A stretch of DNA of 64,000 bases from Nanobdellota archaeon. GTDB lineage: Archaea; Nanobdellota; Nanobdellia; Woesearchaeales; SKGA01. The stretch is taken from NCBI GenBank assembly GCA_051819805.1, contig JBNJHD010000002.1, forward strand, positions 63,754-127,753, read 5' to 3'. The translations under genes and the position numbers were made by a program. Positions within the stretch are counted from its first letter, which is position 1. Every line of letters starts with the position of its first letter. Shown here piece by piece: positions 29,701 through 38,768 of this stretch. Under the pieces are notes generated by a model. That model was not told the DNA's origin and searched no databases. It saw nothing but the letters and a program-made list of their open reading frames with translations.

Positions 29701-30896
29701 ATCCTACAACTCTATTGACGGATATGATACAACCAGCATATCAAGATAAATCAATAGCTCATGGAGTTCATAAGCTCAAATATTTCTCCATGGATCCTGC
29801 GAAAAATATTGAAGTAATCAATTCAACAGAACTATTTATCGATAGCACTGCTCCGGAAATATATTTTGATCGAGAAGAAGATCTCAATATATCAACATTC
29901 AGACTTCACGACATTTATCTTAGCAACGTCACTATCAATTTCAAAACTTCAGAACAGGCACACTGTCATTACGAGATGACATATATATCGTCTTCAGGAG
30001 AAGAACTCACTTATGGACCTGATGATATGGAACGAGTCAATGATACGTTTGAAGCGAACTATCGGTTCGTGCCTGATAATTTCTATAACTTCACCATAGT
30101 CTGTGAAGATGAGTATAAGAACAGGGCAAGAATGTCAATACCATTATGGGTTGAAGGAGATGTCTCCATATCAAGAGCTCAACCGAAATGGAAGGTGTAC
30201 AATGCAGACCAAATAGAAGATATTCTTCTTTCACTCCACACACTGGATGAAGCGAACTGCAGATTCGATCCTGAGAATCCTACTTATGATCAATCACGCT
30301 ACAGCTTCGCACCCACAAATCAAAGCACATATCATGTGAAATTATTCACTGAGTTCGTCAATGATCTCGCACCGCAAAATGTTGAAGGAGTCTACTCCTA
30401 TTACACTGCGTGCAATTATACGAACAGGACACTCACAGAAGGTTTGCTCTCGGATATGATATTTTTCTCCATAGATGTGACTGGTCCAGAAACACAACTT
30501 TTTTACTTGAAAAACAATGATTATGAATTATTCCACGAAACAGGAAATGATGCTACTCCACGAGCATCAGAACGATCCATTAAAATATTCTGCGATGATT
30601 CCAATGGGCAACTTCCAGGAACAACTTTCGGCTGTAAAGAAATCCATTATTGTTATAGTGATAGTTCAATTCTTGACCTTACGGACTTCAATCCAGAAGA
30701 AGATTGTGAAAACGGAGAACTATTAAGCACTCATGGAGAACCATACTTTGAAGATACTTTGGATTTCACTACAGATACGAATAAGAAGTTATACTTCTAC
30801 GGTATTGATAATGGAGGAAATGAAGGAGATCTTCATAGGAAGAACTTGAAAGTGATCGACACGAATTTCACACGACCAATATTTACAGTCATCTGA
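26724..30896 (+). CDS. giant (1390 aa) Cys-rich secreted protein (Sec-type signal)
   Basis: GTG start. Signal peptide LFISLGLLTLVFVLFSTIVTADI, abundant CxxC and CCC motifs and an EGF-like cysteine spacing. Confidence 0.6.
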   Translation: MCRVVKKQLFISLGLLTLVFVLFSTIVTADICVPSYIDIDGVSGTQQTLSYPQSNSCPPMHELVEGDLREDKETLERTSCCCDCSDDYEVLRFGAPSGYEHLVSTTYCTEKGFDVGVTDETNCTISCKNECDGNQQVLIEESDLYHVVSGYVFSAADSDPLANISVFALDQGDDVIVEAKTDAEGFYNLSSVPGVQNGENKFLAMTSSTHELTCEDNIENVELTEDTELNFTMSSCQQNPDYCMPDWEIGEWGECKPYFSQGFDGQYMQRRSVIDLNECDRSSGKPENWRLCEGTVVMPNCGNGELEEGEFCDPATQEGSEIFKLPDGDTVTQVTCKDILGEGYSDDELITCTDTCNYNYDSCTPVCGFYCDRKEECAMEECESLCEGEPLCGNECEGQKPVFLPVNDSVDFSTTRNIFDLYNTTVLAPDHYPGIRYFDQSTDVELTWRFNGTCEDEILAYQVVYCEENARSQECQGDTRQKIEVPKGQFQYLVEGILEPKTSYCYNVCAIQRDGSTSCAYEEGSLPCFNSGEEYCMEEHPPGYNCEEHDDGEYAPTGCLIKEFKGYGREPISFTNHSYEVAVTCEQGEVCVETEYDPLNDGGGEKLGAMCKAPLNCSTCNGMFGLYSSVPGKRITYTNDNDQEKKVSCNKFINPTPEQFSTNWAGLCYYDTSRTSFDYFDQCMKVDSCYDYKSEQACANDPCNKMDGACQWSFYSEESGIGVCKPIDEQYEECGRCDADSPLGFCNEHICENNYGNCYYREPSKNTIDQSEENILVSLLGISYQNERYDDELIPTCINKKDMACHLYQNEKDCINDSANTSIDVTYEGMTPLYGTNELMFASQDRYGFGRCAWSESEDEPDFSGCHKNSDNRYNDSLSWSGFTQGDCYSTAYSSDLRCLQDVTPPNTMLILRKPPQNQNYLGLPTYGINELANLTFSVDDDTWAADESTTYFSILSEQECPAECYDFTCNNMNDQECIRTANNCKEQGCGVYPTTLLTDMIQPAYQDKSIAHGVHKLKYFSMDPAKNIEVINSTELFIDSTAPEIYFDREEDLNISTFRLHDIYLSNVTINFKTSEQAHCHYEMTYISSSGEELTYGPDDMERVNDTFEANYRFVPDNFYNFTIVCEDEYKNRARMSIPLWVEGDVSISRAQPKWKVYNADQIEDILLSLHTLDEANCRFDPENPTYDQSRYSFAPTNQSTYHVKLFTEFVNDLAPQNVEGVYSYYTACNYTNRTLTEGLLSDMIFFSIDVTGPETQLFYLKNNDYELFHETGNDATPRASERSIKIFCDDSNGQLPGTTFGCKEIHYCYSDSSILDLTDFNPEEDCENGELLSTHGEPYFEDTLDFTTDTNKKLYFYGIDNGGNEGDLHRKNLKVIDTNFTRPIFTVI

Positions 30897-30927
30897 AGTT
30901 CAATAAAAAGAGGTTGGGGATTGATTT

Positions 30928-33900
30928 ATGCATGTCACTAAAACAATATTTCTGTTATCACTCATACTGTTAGTTCTCACACTCCCTCTCTCTTCAGCAG
31001 AATTAGATTTTGACGATATCACTTTTGTAGAGACAAACAAGTCCCGACCAGTAATCAAAGCTTCATACAATCTTCAAGACGCACCAATCACTATCAAGGA
31101 TTATTCTCTAGTCAACAATCATGGTGAGAAAGTACCTATAACCTACTCTCATAATGATGATAGGAACAAGTTCAACTTCTCACTCGATACTCAAGGTTCA
31201 TTATTCGGTAAATATGTTCTTCAAATAGTCGCTAGTGATCAGGATGATAACCTGAACGTTGATTTTTTTGGAATAGATGTCAAGCCAACACCTATGAAGA
31301 TATGGGTCAAAGAACCCAAAAATGATGATATTGAAATTCCTGAACAACAACACATTGCAGTCAATGATCATATTCCATTCAACCTCACGCTCCAATCAGA
31401 AACTTCTGCCTTGTGTCGTATCGTGAAAAACACGGGTTTTCTAGAACAAAAAACGACAGATCAACTCTACAATCTCGGAAAACGATTCAATGATGGCAAT
31501 AACACGTTTACGAAAACCCACAAGATATCTGTTCTCACTCAAAACCAAGAGAGTTCTCAAACACATCTTAATGTAGGATCCTTTGACTATGATGATTACG
31601 AAGAGGAAAACCATTATTTGGTCATCTGTAAAGAATTCAAGATAGGAGCGCAAGAACCTGATTACAAGAGACAACTATTCTACATCGGTTATGATCTCAC
31701 TGATCCTGAGTTCACTGTAAATATGACTCCACAAGTTATTTTTGATGAGTCCAGCCTCGAGACAGAAGCTCTTATAGACTCAAATGATGATAGTCTCATC
31801 TGCTCGTATGATTTCATCAAGAATACACAACCGCAATACAAGCCAGAAAGTAGAAGACTTTCATTCAACACGAATTCAATAGAAGACTATAGTCCGAATA
31901 TCACGTCAACATTTGACTTTTCTGATAAGGGAACTTACGAGTATGAGACGGACTATCCATACACTATCAACTTCACTTGTACAAACCCTGCAATGAGAAT
32001 TTCTTCAGAACTAGCATCATTCAAGATAAGGCTCAAACTGTCATTTGATATTCTCTATGAAGATTCAGGATATTATTCAACATCAAGTCCTGAGCTTCAT
32101 TTCAGAACTAGGAAAGCAGCTTCTTGTCGTTATCAATTCGACTCCGAAGACTATGAGAATACTGATGGGGATGAACATAACCATACAGTGAAATTGAGCA
32201 ATCTGGAAGAAGATGAGTACTCGATAAAACTCAGATGCACATCTTTAGGCGGTGAAGTGAAAGAAGACGTTTTTGACTTCACGATCGACACGACAGCACC
32301 ATCAACACCTGTTGCGCTATCCAGTGATGATAATTGCAATAATCGATGGACAATCTCACTAGCTGAACCTTCTGAAACAGTCTATTATAATATTTCGCTC
32401 TATAACAGCACAAAAGCAACAGAAGGAAACCTCTTACACCAGACACTCACTTCATTCACGAAAGGAATGTTCATGTTCGAAGCACCGGATACTATCGATG
32501 TACTTCCTAATGCCACCTATATTTGGAAAATAACAGCTATTGACCGTGCAGGGTTAACATCAAGCGAGCTTTCGCATTCGACAATAGGAAGACGTCCTGA
32601 TGCTATTGTCTGTGATACTGACTATCCGACTGCGACATTGCAGAAAAAGCCAGTAGGTGAAAACTCATTCAATATCACTATTTCATGTTCTGACAAGCAT
32701 AGTGGCTGTACAGATATGTACGGTTATTCAGAACTGTCTCCCGGTCAAAATTGTTCAGTAGCAAGCTACCAGAATAATAACTATAACGACACACTCACTA
32801 TTCCTTCAGAAACACTATTATGTTATCAAGTAAGGGATGAGGCAGGTCACACGACCAATAAGAGTGAATTTTTATCAACAGATATAGGGATAGAATTAGT
32901 ATCACCTTCCTCAGGTATTGCTTTTGAAAAACCTTTCCAACTCGCTATAAGCACGAAACGAGAAGCAATATGCCACCACGGACCAGTCCGAGATGATCAT
33001 CCACGAGCTCTAGATGAATGGTATGTTTCTCTGGAAAACTTCACTTCTCAAAATAGCCTCGACCATTATGATTCTATAGCAGCAACCGATTATGAAGAAT
33101 TAGATGAAACTGAAGATGAGATTGAAACTGACTGGATTGTCATTTGTCAAGAAGAAGAATTGACCTATCATCAGAAACAATTCTCTCTAGGATATGATTT
33201 GAGTCCTCCAAAAATAACAATCACAGCTACACCAAACCCTATTACAAGCGCTTCAAAACAAACAACAACACTTGAAGTGACTGTTGATGATCAGGCAATA
33301 TGCACATTCCTTGACAGAGAGGGCGTTCCGAGAGGGTTTTCAGGATATGATCCTGACGATATTGATAATTACAAGCAATCATTCTCAACAGTGATCGACT
33401 ACTGGGGATTCACAGAGACTATAACACAATCTGTAAAGTGCCGGAATCTCGCTCAAAAATATTCACAAGAGACATATGATATCAACATAGAATCAGATAA
33501 TGATCTAGGAATCAATATTACAACCCCTGATTATACCAATAACAACAGAGTAGAACTAGTCGCCACCACTACTGACGATGCAACTTGCTCCTATCAGACT
33601 TCCCGAGCAGGACCACAGAGAGAATTCCAGATTACAGGAGGAACAGAACATACTAAATATATAACTCTTGAAGAAGGAAGCAATACAGTAGGTGTGTACT
33701 GTGAAGATGCGCAAGGAGGCTCAGAAAGCATCGTGTTCAAAGATGTCACGGTTGATACGATTCCACCGGTTGTTGAGATACTTTCAGCAGAAAACACCTG
33801 CTCACTAGAGCAGATTTCAGGAATGATATTGACCAACGGAACAGGATCAGCAATAGAAACATACACCTACTCCATCAATAATGGTTCAGCAACCATAGTG

Positions 33901-35652
33901 AGTGGTGAGAGTGAGATTGGTTCGTTTACAGAACAATTCGCTCTGACACGAGCAAAAACATATACGATCACTGCAGAAGCTACTGATAAAGCAGGAAACA
34001 CAGCCACAATCTCAACAACTGTCAGGGCAACACCGTATTCCCAAACCGAATGTGATGTGACTCCACCGGAAGGAAATGCGAAAATAAGCTATAATTGGAA
34101 TTATAATGAAGTGACTGTTTCCTGTAAGGATGAAGAGTCCGGTTGCACTGATTTTTATACTTACTATTTGTCCCAAGACTCTTGCCAACAGCCATATGAT
34201 CTCGAATATTATGAACAAGCACCTTTAGAAGTTACTGATTCAGGTGTTTTTTGCTATGAAGTATATGATAACGCTGCAAACTCTTATACTGATTCAGTAC
34301 CGATCACAGTCGAGAAGCAATGCTTCAACGGAATAGAGGATCCTGATGAGGATGGAGTAGATTGTGGCGGTCCGTGCCCTGCACAGTGCGGAACTTGTGA
34401 CAATGGAAAACAAGATCCTTTTGAGTTGGGTGTGGATTGCGGTGGAATATGTGAGAGCATCAGGACATGCACTGGAGAGGATGACGACGAAGATGAAGGA
34501 TGCAGTTCTGACGATGATTGTCCGTACGGACAGATATGTAATTATGAAGGGCTATGTGTCGATGAACCTAAAAATGGATCCGATAAGGACAAACCATCAG
34601 AGCCGATCGATGAAGGTCCTGAAAAACTAGGTCTTATACTCCTCATTATAGGAATATTCTTATTTCTTGGAGGAGGAGGATATATAACTTATTCTCGATA
34701 CAACAAACACCAGCAGATCCAGCAACAACAATCAGTCGTGCAACAACAGATGCAACAACGTCAACAACAAGAGCTTGCTCGAAAACGTCAAGAACAACGA
34801 CGTAAAACCATGGAACGACTTCATGAACGTAAACAGAAACAAGAAGAAGCACGCCAGCAACGAGTCAACGAACGACAACAAAAACGAAAATCACTGCTTG
34901 GCGCTTTCGAAGGAGAAAAAGGACAAGAAGAACAGCAGGATTCTGAAGAGAAGTCAGAGGAAGAGCAGAAAGAACAAGAAGAAGTGAAGAAGAAAGTTTT
35001 TGAAAAACAAAAGGATGAAACATCATTACGTGAAAAGAAAGAACGACAAGAACAAGAGAAACAACAAGTTGCAAGAGAAGAATACCAGAACATCATGAAC
35101 TTGAAATCAGGAACTAAAAAGGAACGCAGTGTCTTTGATGAGCTGGAAAGCGTTACTACCAGCAGTGTTTCCGCAGAAAACCTTCAGGAAAAATATGATC
35201 TCTCAGAACCACAATCTGACTCTACTGACAATAGCGCTTCAGAACAAAATGCGCTTGACGAATTAGGATCTATAACTGAAAATCAAGAATCATCATCAAG
35301 TCCACAAAACGATACTGATACCGGCGGATCTCAACCTTCAGATTCGTCTGATGCGCTCGATGAACTTGAAGAACTGGTCAATACCAGACAAGATCGTTCA
35401 TCAAAAAATCAGTTACTTGAAGAGCTTTCAAATATAGCTCCTGAAAATAGAGTGCACAAACTCGTTGAACAGATAGAAACACAAGCATCCAAATCAATAC
35501 TCGACACTACTGAATTAGCGCAATCCATTAAGCAATTGATTTCAAACGAACTTGTTTCTTCAGAGCAAGCTAAGCAAACGATAATAACCCTTGTCAAGAA
35601 TCATACCTTAACAGAAGAGCAAGGCGAAGAGCTAATAAACACTATCAATTGA
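30928..35652 (+). CDS. giant (1574 aa) surface protein with an N-terminal signal, a C-terminal TM anchor and a roughly 320-aa Q/E/K/R-rich cytoplasmic tail
   Basis: Signal ...LPLSSA|ELD, TM LGLILLIIGIFLFLGGGGYITY near residue 1245, then QQQSVVQQQMQQRQQQELARKRQEQRRK... low-complexity coiled-coil-like tail. Confidence 0.6.
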   Translation: MHVTKTIFLLSLILLVLTLPLSSAELDFDDITFVETNKSRPVIKASYNLQDAPITIKDYSLVNNHGEKVPITYSHNDDRNKFNFSLDTQGSLFGKYVLQIVASDQDDNLNVDFFGIDVKPTPMKIWVKEPKNDDIEIPEQQHIAVNDHIPFNLTLQSETSALCRIVKNTGFLEQKTTDQLYNLGKRFNDGNNTFTKTHKISVLTQNQESSQTHLNVGSFDYDDYEEENHYLVICKEFKIGAQEPDYKRQLFYIGYDLTDPEFTVNMTPQVIFDESSLETEALIDSNDDSLICSYDFIKNTQPQYKPESRRLSFNTNSIEDYSPNITSTFDFSDKGTYEYETDYPYTINFTCTNPAMRISSELASFKIRLKLSFDILYEDSGYYSTSSPELHFRTRKAASCRYQFDSEDYENTDGDEHNHTVKLSNLEEDEYSIKLRCTSLGGEVKEDVFDFTIDTTAPSTPVALSSDDNCNNRWTISLAEPSETVYYNISLYNSTKATEGNLLHQTLTSFTKGMFMFEAPDTIDVLPNATYIWKITAIDRAGLTSSELSHSTIGRRPDAIVCDTDYPTATLQKKPVGENSFNITISCSDKHSGCTDMYGYSELSPGQNCSVASYQNNNYNDTLTIPSETLLCYQVRDEAGHTTNKSEFLSTDIGIELVSPSSGIAFEKPFQLAISTKREAICHHGPVRDDHPRALDEWYVSLENFTSQNSLDHYDSIAATDYEELDETEDEIETDWIVICQEEELTYHQKQFSLGYDLSPPKITITATPNPITSASKQTTTLEVTVDDQAICTFLDREGVPRGFSGYDPDDIDNYKQSFSTVIDYWGFTETITQSVKCRNLAQKYSQETYDINIESDNDLGINITTPDYTNNNRVELVATTTDDATCSYQTSRAGPQREFQITGGTEHTKYITLEEGSNTVGVYCEDAQGGSESIVFKDVTVDTIPPVVEILSAENTCSLEQISGMILTNGTGSAIETYTYSINNGSATIVSGESEIGSFTEQFALTRAKTYTITAEATDKAGNTATISTTVRATPYSQTECDVTPPEGNAKISYNWNYNEVTVSCKDEESGCTDFYTYYLSQDSCQQPYDLEYYEQAPLEVTDSGVFCYEVYDNAANSYTDSVPITVEKQCFNGIEDPDEDGVDCGGPCPAQCGTCDNGKQDPFELGVDCGGICESIRTCTGEDDDEDEGCSSDDDCPYGQICNYEGLCVDEPKNGSDKDKPSEPIDEGPEKLGLILLIIGIFLFLGGGGYITYSRYNKHQQIQQQQSVVQQQMQQRQQQELARKRQEQRRKTMERLHERKQKQEEARQQRVNERQQKRKSLLGAFEGEKGQEEQQDSEEKSEEEQKEQEEVKKKVFEKQKDETSLREKKERQEQEKQQVAREEYQNIMNLKSGTKKERSVFDELESVTTSSVSAENLQEKYDLSEPQSDSTDNSASEQNALDELGSITENQESSSSPQNDTDTGGSQPSDSSDALDELEELVNTRQDRSSKNQLLEELSNIAPENRVHKLVEQIETQASKSILDTTELAQSIKQLISNELVSSEQAKQTIITLVKNHTLTEEQGEELINTIN

Positions 35653-35683
35653 TATATCTCAATAAACACAAAAGGCGATACTC

Positions 35684-36205
35684 ATGAAATCACGGTCTGG
35701 ACAAATACAACAAGTATTCATCTACCTCGTAGCGATATTCATCATAGGAGCAATAGCTCTGATAGGAGCAAAATCGCTTTTCGGTATCATGGACCAGAAA
35801 GAACAAGTCGATTATCTCACATTCAAAGAGAATATCAAGAATGAAGTCGAAGATAATAATATTTATGGCACTATCAACGAACGCCGTTTCTCGGTTCCAG
35901 GATCGATGAAAAAGATCTGCTTTGTCGATACCGAAACTTTTTTTGAAGGTCTGGGCGCTGAACTTAAAAGAAACAGCTTTAATGCAGATACAGGTAATGA
36001 TGAGATTGACTTCATCATCCAGGATAGTGTTAGAGATGGTGTTAAAGCGAATATATTTCTTTCTGACGGTCAGACGGTTGTTCCTATCGGCTACTCAAAT
36101 AAAGTTCAAACTGATAAAGACATAACATGCATCAATAATACGAACGGATATTTCAACATAGTATTCAAAGGTCAAGGTCGTAAAACACTCATCCTTCCAA
36201 AATGA
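35684..36205 (+). CDS. class III signal peptide (archaeal pilin-like) protein
   Basis: MKSRSG|QIQQVFIYLVAIFIIGAIALIGA: a basic N-region, G/Q junction, then a hydrophobic helix. Confidence 0.55.
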   Translation: MKSRSGQIQQVFIYLVAIFIIGAIALIGAKSLFGIMDQKEQVDYLTFKENIKNEVEDNNIYGTINERRFSVPGSMKKICFVDTETFFEGLGAELKRNSFNADTGNDEIDFIIQDSVRDGVKANIFLSDGQTVVPIGYSNKVQTDKDITCINNTNGYFNIVFKGQGRKTLILPK

Positions 36206-36215
36206 ATACACTAAG

Positions 36216-37328
36216 ATGATTTCGATGAAACAACATCTGCTTGACGGACAAAAAGCTCAAATCCAACTACAATTCAATTGGATTTTTGTCATTATCATAG
36301 GCGCTGTTCTTCTAGGGTTCTTTTTCTCGCTTACTAGTACACAAACTACTGTTTCAGAACAAAGGATAACTGCAGCGACAGCTCGTCAGCTGGATACGAT
36401 AATAACATCCACTGCACAGAAATCAGGTACGTTCAAAAAATTCACCAATGTTCCCGAACGAGAGTTGACATTTTATTGTAATAGTAGAACAGGTCTGTAT
36501 CATTATGAAGTTGATGGTATTCGTGTGGGAACGACAAAACATGATGTTTTATTTACACCACATCAATTCACACCACTAGGGATATACACATGGACTCTTG
36601 ACTGGAGCATCCCATACAAGATGACGACATTCACTTACTTGACTCATGAAGATCATATGTTCATATTCTATGACGACAATCCTTCAGGATCAGCTGATGA
36701 TTTTGACCAGCTCTATGAACCCTTCCCAAAAAATATGACTCATGTTGTCTATAATAAGAGTACAATTGCTGATTTTTCACAGGATAGGCTCAATTATAAT
36801 GACTATACGTATGTGTTTTTCAACAATCAAGATATACCTGAAGAACTCAAAAAAGGTATTCAAGGAGATAATGCTCTTGTCATCACGATAACACCTCAAA
36901 AAGCAGATGTTTTCTCCTACGGCAATGTAACTTTCATGAGTGGAGATGACTATTCAAGTAGTAGTGCTGGCGAGAACACACCATATTTCGGTAGAGCATC
37001 ACTGTATGGAGCACTCTTTTCAGGTTCAAAGCAATTATTCGAATGTAACATGGATAAAGCATACTCGTACATGCATATAGTGACACTCATGCAACTAGAT
37101 AGAGTCAATAGAGTTATTCCTTATGTAAATCCTACCTGCAATAGAGTATTAGGAGGAATCGATGATGGAATTCCACGAACAAGACAGCATCTAGGAAATA
37201 TTTCAGATATTCTCGCTGATGGTATCCGAACTCAAGAAGATGTCAAAACATTATATGATAAAACTCTTCTGGTTGAAGAGAGTAATTATAAACTGGCGAT
37301 GCAAGGGAACTGCCCTCTCATCTATTGA
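36216..37328 (+). CDS. class III signal peptide (pilin-like) protein, 370 aa
   Basis: ...DGQKA|QIQLQFNWIFVIIIGAVLLGFFF, sharing the K-A-Q-I-Q motif with its neighbours. Confidence 0.5.
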   Translation: MISMKQHLLDGQKAQIQLQFNWIFVIIIGAVLLGFFFSLTSTQTTVSEQRITAATARQLDTIITSTAQKSGTFKKFTNVPERELTFYCNSRTGLYHYEVDGIRVGTTKHDVLFTPHQFTPLGIYTWTLDWSIPYKMTTFTYLTHEDHMFIFYDDNPSGSADDFDQLYEPFPKNMTHVVYNKSTIADFSQDRLNYNDYTYVFFNNQDIPEELKKGIQGDNALVITITPQKADVFSYGNVTFMSGDDYSSSSAGENTPYFGRASLYGALFSGSKQLFECNMDKAYSYMHIVTLMQLDRVNRVIPYVNPTCNRVLGGIDDGIPRTRQHLGNISDILADGIRTQEDVKTLYDKTLLVEESNYKLAMQGNCPLIY

Positions 37329-37347
37329 TTGTTCATAAAACACGAAA

Positions 37348-37851
37348 ATGGTCCGTTTCACAAAAGCGCAAATTCAAGTCAGCGAGTCGATTTTCATAGT
37401 CATATTCATCCTTATCATCATCATTTTCGGAATTGTCTTTTACTCAGGAGCGCAAGAGGAAGAGACAAGAGAGAAACGAGCACGATTCGCTGAACTCGAG
37501 TCAATACAAGTGGCTCAGATAGCTTCATCAATTCCAGAGATTCAATGCTCGCTGACTAATGTCCAGAAACCATCTTGTTTTGAAATAGAGAAGATGGATT
37601 CTTTTATCAACATCACCGAAAACAAACGATCACTGACAAGAGAGTATTTTTTCTCGAAGTTAGGGAATACAAGACTTGTAGTGCGAGAAGTATATCCTGA
37701 AGAGAATGAATGGGTGCTCTATAATAACACGCTAGCAGACGATGTTACGCAATCAGGATTACCTGTATTGATTCCAGTCTCACTATATAAGGCAACCTCA
37801 GGAGAATACCATTATGGGGTCCTTTATATCACTAACTTCCAGAAGAAATAA
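37348..37851 (+). CDS. class III signal peptide (pilin-like) protein
   Basis: MVRFTKA|QIQVSESIFIVIFILIIIIFGIVFY. Confidence 0.5.
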   Translation: MVRFTKAQIQVSESIFIVIFILIIIIFGIVFYSGAQEEETREKRARFAELESIQVAQIASSIPEIQCSLTNVQKPSCFEIEKMDSFINITENKRSLTREYFFSKLGNTRLVVREVYPEENEWVLYNNTLADDVTQSGLPVLIPVSLYKATSGEYHYGVLYITNFQKK

Positions 37852-37866
37852 CGATGGAGTAATCAT

Positions 37867-38373
37867 ATGATACCAAGAAAAGCACAGCAAGAGATCATAG
37901 GACTTGTCATTATTGTTCTTATAGTTTCCATGGCAATGCTCATCTACCTTTCAAGCAAAGCTGAAGAAGCTGAAGAGAACCAAGGAGTAAATATCCACAA
38001 GGAATACGCGTATAACGAGCTTGCCATGAGCTTTCTTGATACTATTGTCGATACATCAGTGTGTAATGTGGATATAGATAAACTTGTCAGAGATTGCGGG
38101 TCAAGACAAGAGATTGTCTGTAGTGATGGCAAAACATCTTGTGAGAAGCTCAACGAGACAATAATAGATATAAAAAATAACACGTTGGACGTGTGGGGGA
38201 TGGCATATGGTCTTATCATCAATTATCCTGACACTAGTCCTGCGCCTGATTTTGAATATATACGTGATGATTGCACGAATGAAACAACTGGTCGAAGCGC
38301 TCCTGGTTGGATTCCAGTATCTCTTCACCCACAAGGAACAGCAATGATCGAACTTGGCATCTGTGAATCATAA
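37867..38373 (+). CDS. class III signal peptide (pilin-like) protein
   Basis: MIPRKA|QQEIIGLVIIVLIVSMAMLIYL. Confidence 0.5.
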   Translation: MIPRKAQQEIIGLVIIVLIVSMAMLIYLSSKAEEAEENQGVNIHKEYAYNELAMSFLDTIVDTSVCNVDIDKLVRDCGSRQEIVCSDGKTSCEKLNETIIDIKNNTLDVWGMAYGLIINYPDTSPAPDFEYIRDDCTNETTGRSAPGWIPVSLHPQGTAMIELGICES

Positions 38374-38483
38374 GCATTTATTTATAAATGAATGAAAAGT
38401 TTTAAATACTATTGTTGTGGAAATTTATATACTGTTATTGTAATATAGTCAACTTCGTGTTGATTGTGTGAGGTGTTTTTTAG

Positions 38484-38768
38484 ATGATACGAATGAACAG
38501 GAAAGGTTCCGAACTTTCTATGAATGTGATAATTATAGCAGCAATAGCTCTGCTTGTCCTTGTTATCCTAGCGGTCATGCTACTCCAGAAAGGAGGAGAT
38601 ATACAGGAAGGAACGAGTTGTACAGGTCTAGGTGGAGAATGCTGCTCTAGCTGCGGAAACGCATGTGTAGTTGGTGGACAGAAATATTCCGTGCCACATC
38701 CTACTGGCGAATGTCCTTCTGGTCAGCAATGCTGCTTGAAATTAGGTGATGGAGACACAAACCGATAA
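38484..38768 (+). CDS. small (94 aa) Cys-rich pilin-like protein; candidate major pilin
   Basis: Canonical archaeal prepilin N-terminus MIRMNRKG|SELSMNVIIIAAIALLVLVILAVMLL. A short C-terminal domain with 8 Cys. It has its own TATA-like elements (TTTATTTATAAAT at 38377, AAATTTATATAC at 38422) in the only sizeable intergenic gap of the operon. Confidence 0.55.
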   Translation: MIRMNRKGSELSMNVIIIAAIALLVLVILAVMLLQKGGDIQEGTSCTGLGGECCSSCGNACVVGGQKYSVPHPTGECPSGQQCCLKLGDGDTNR

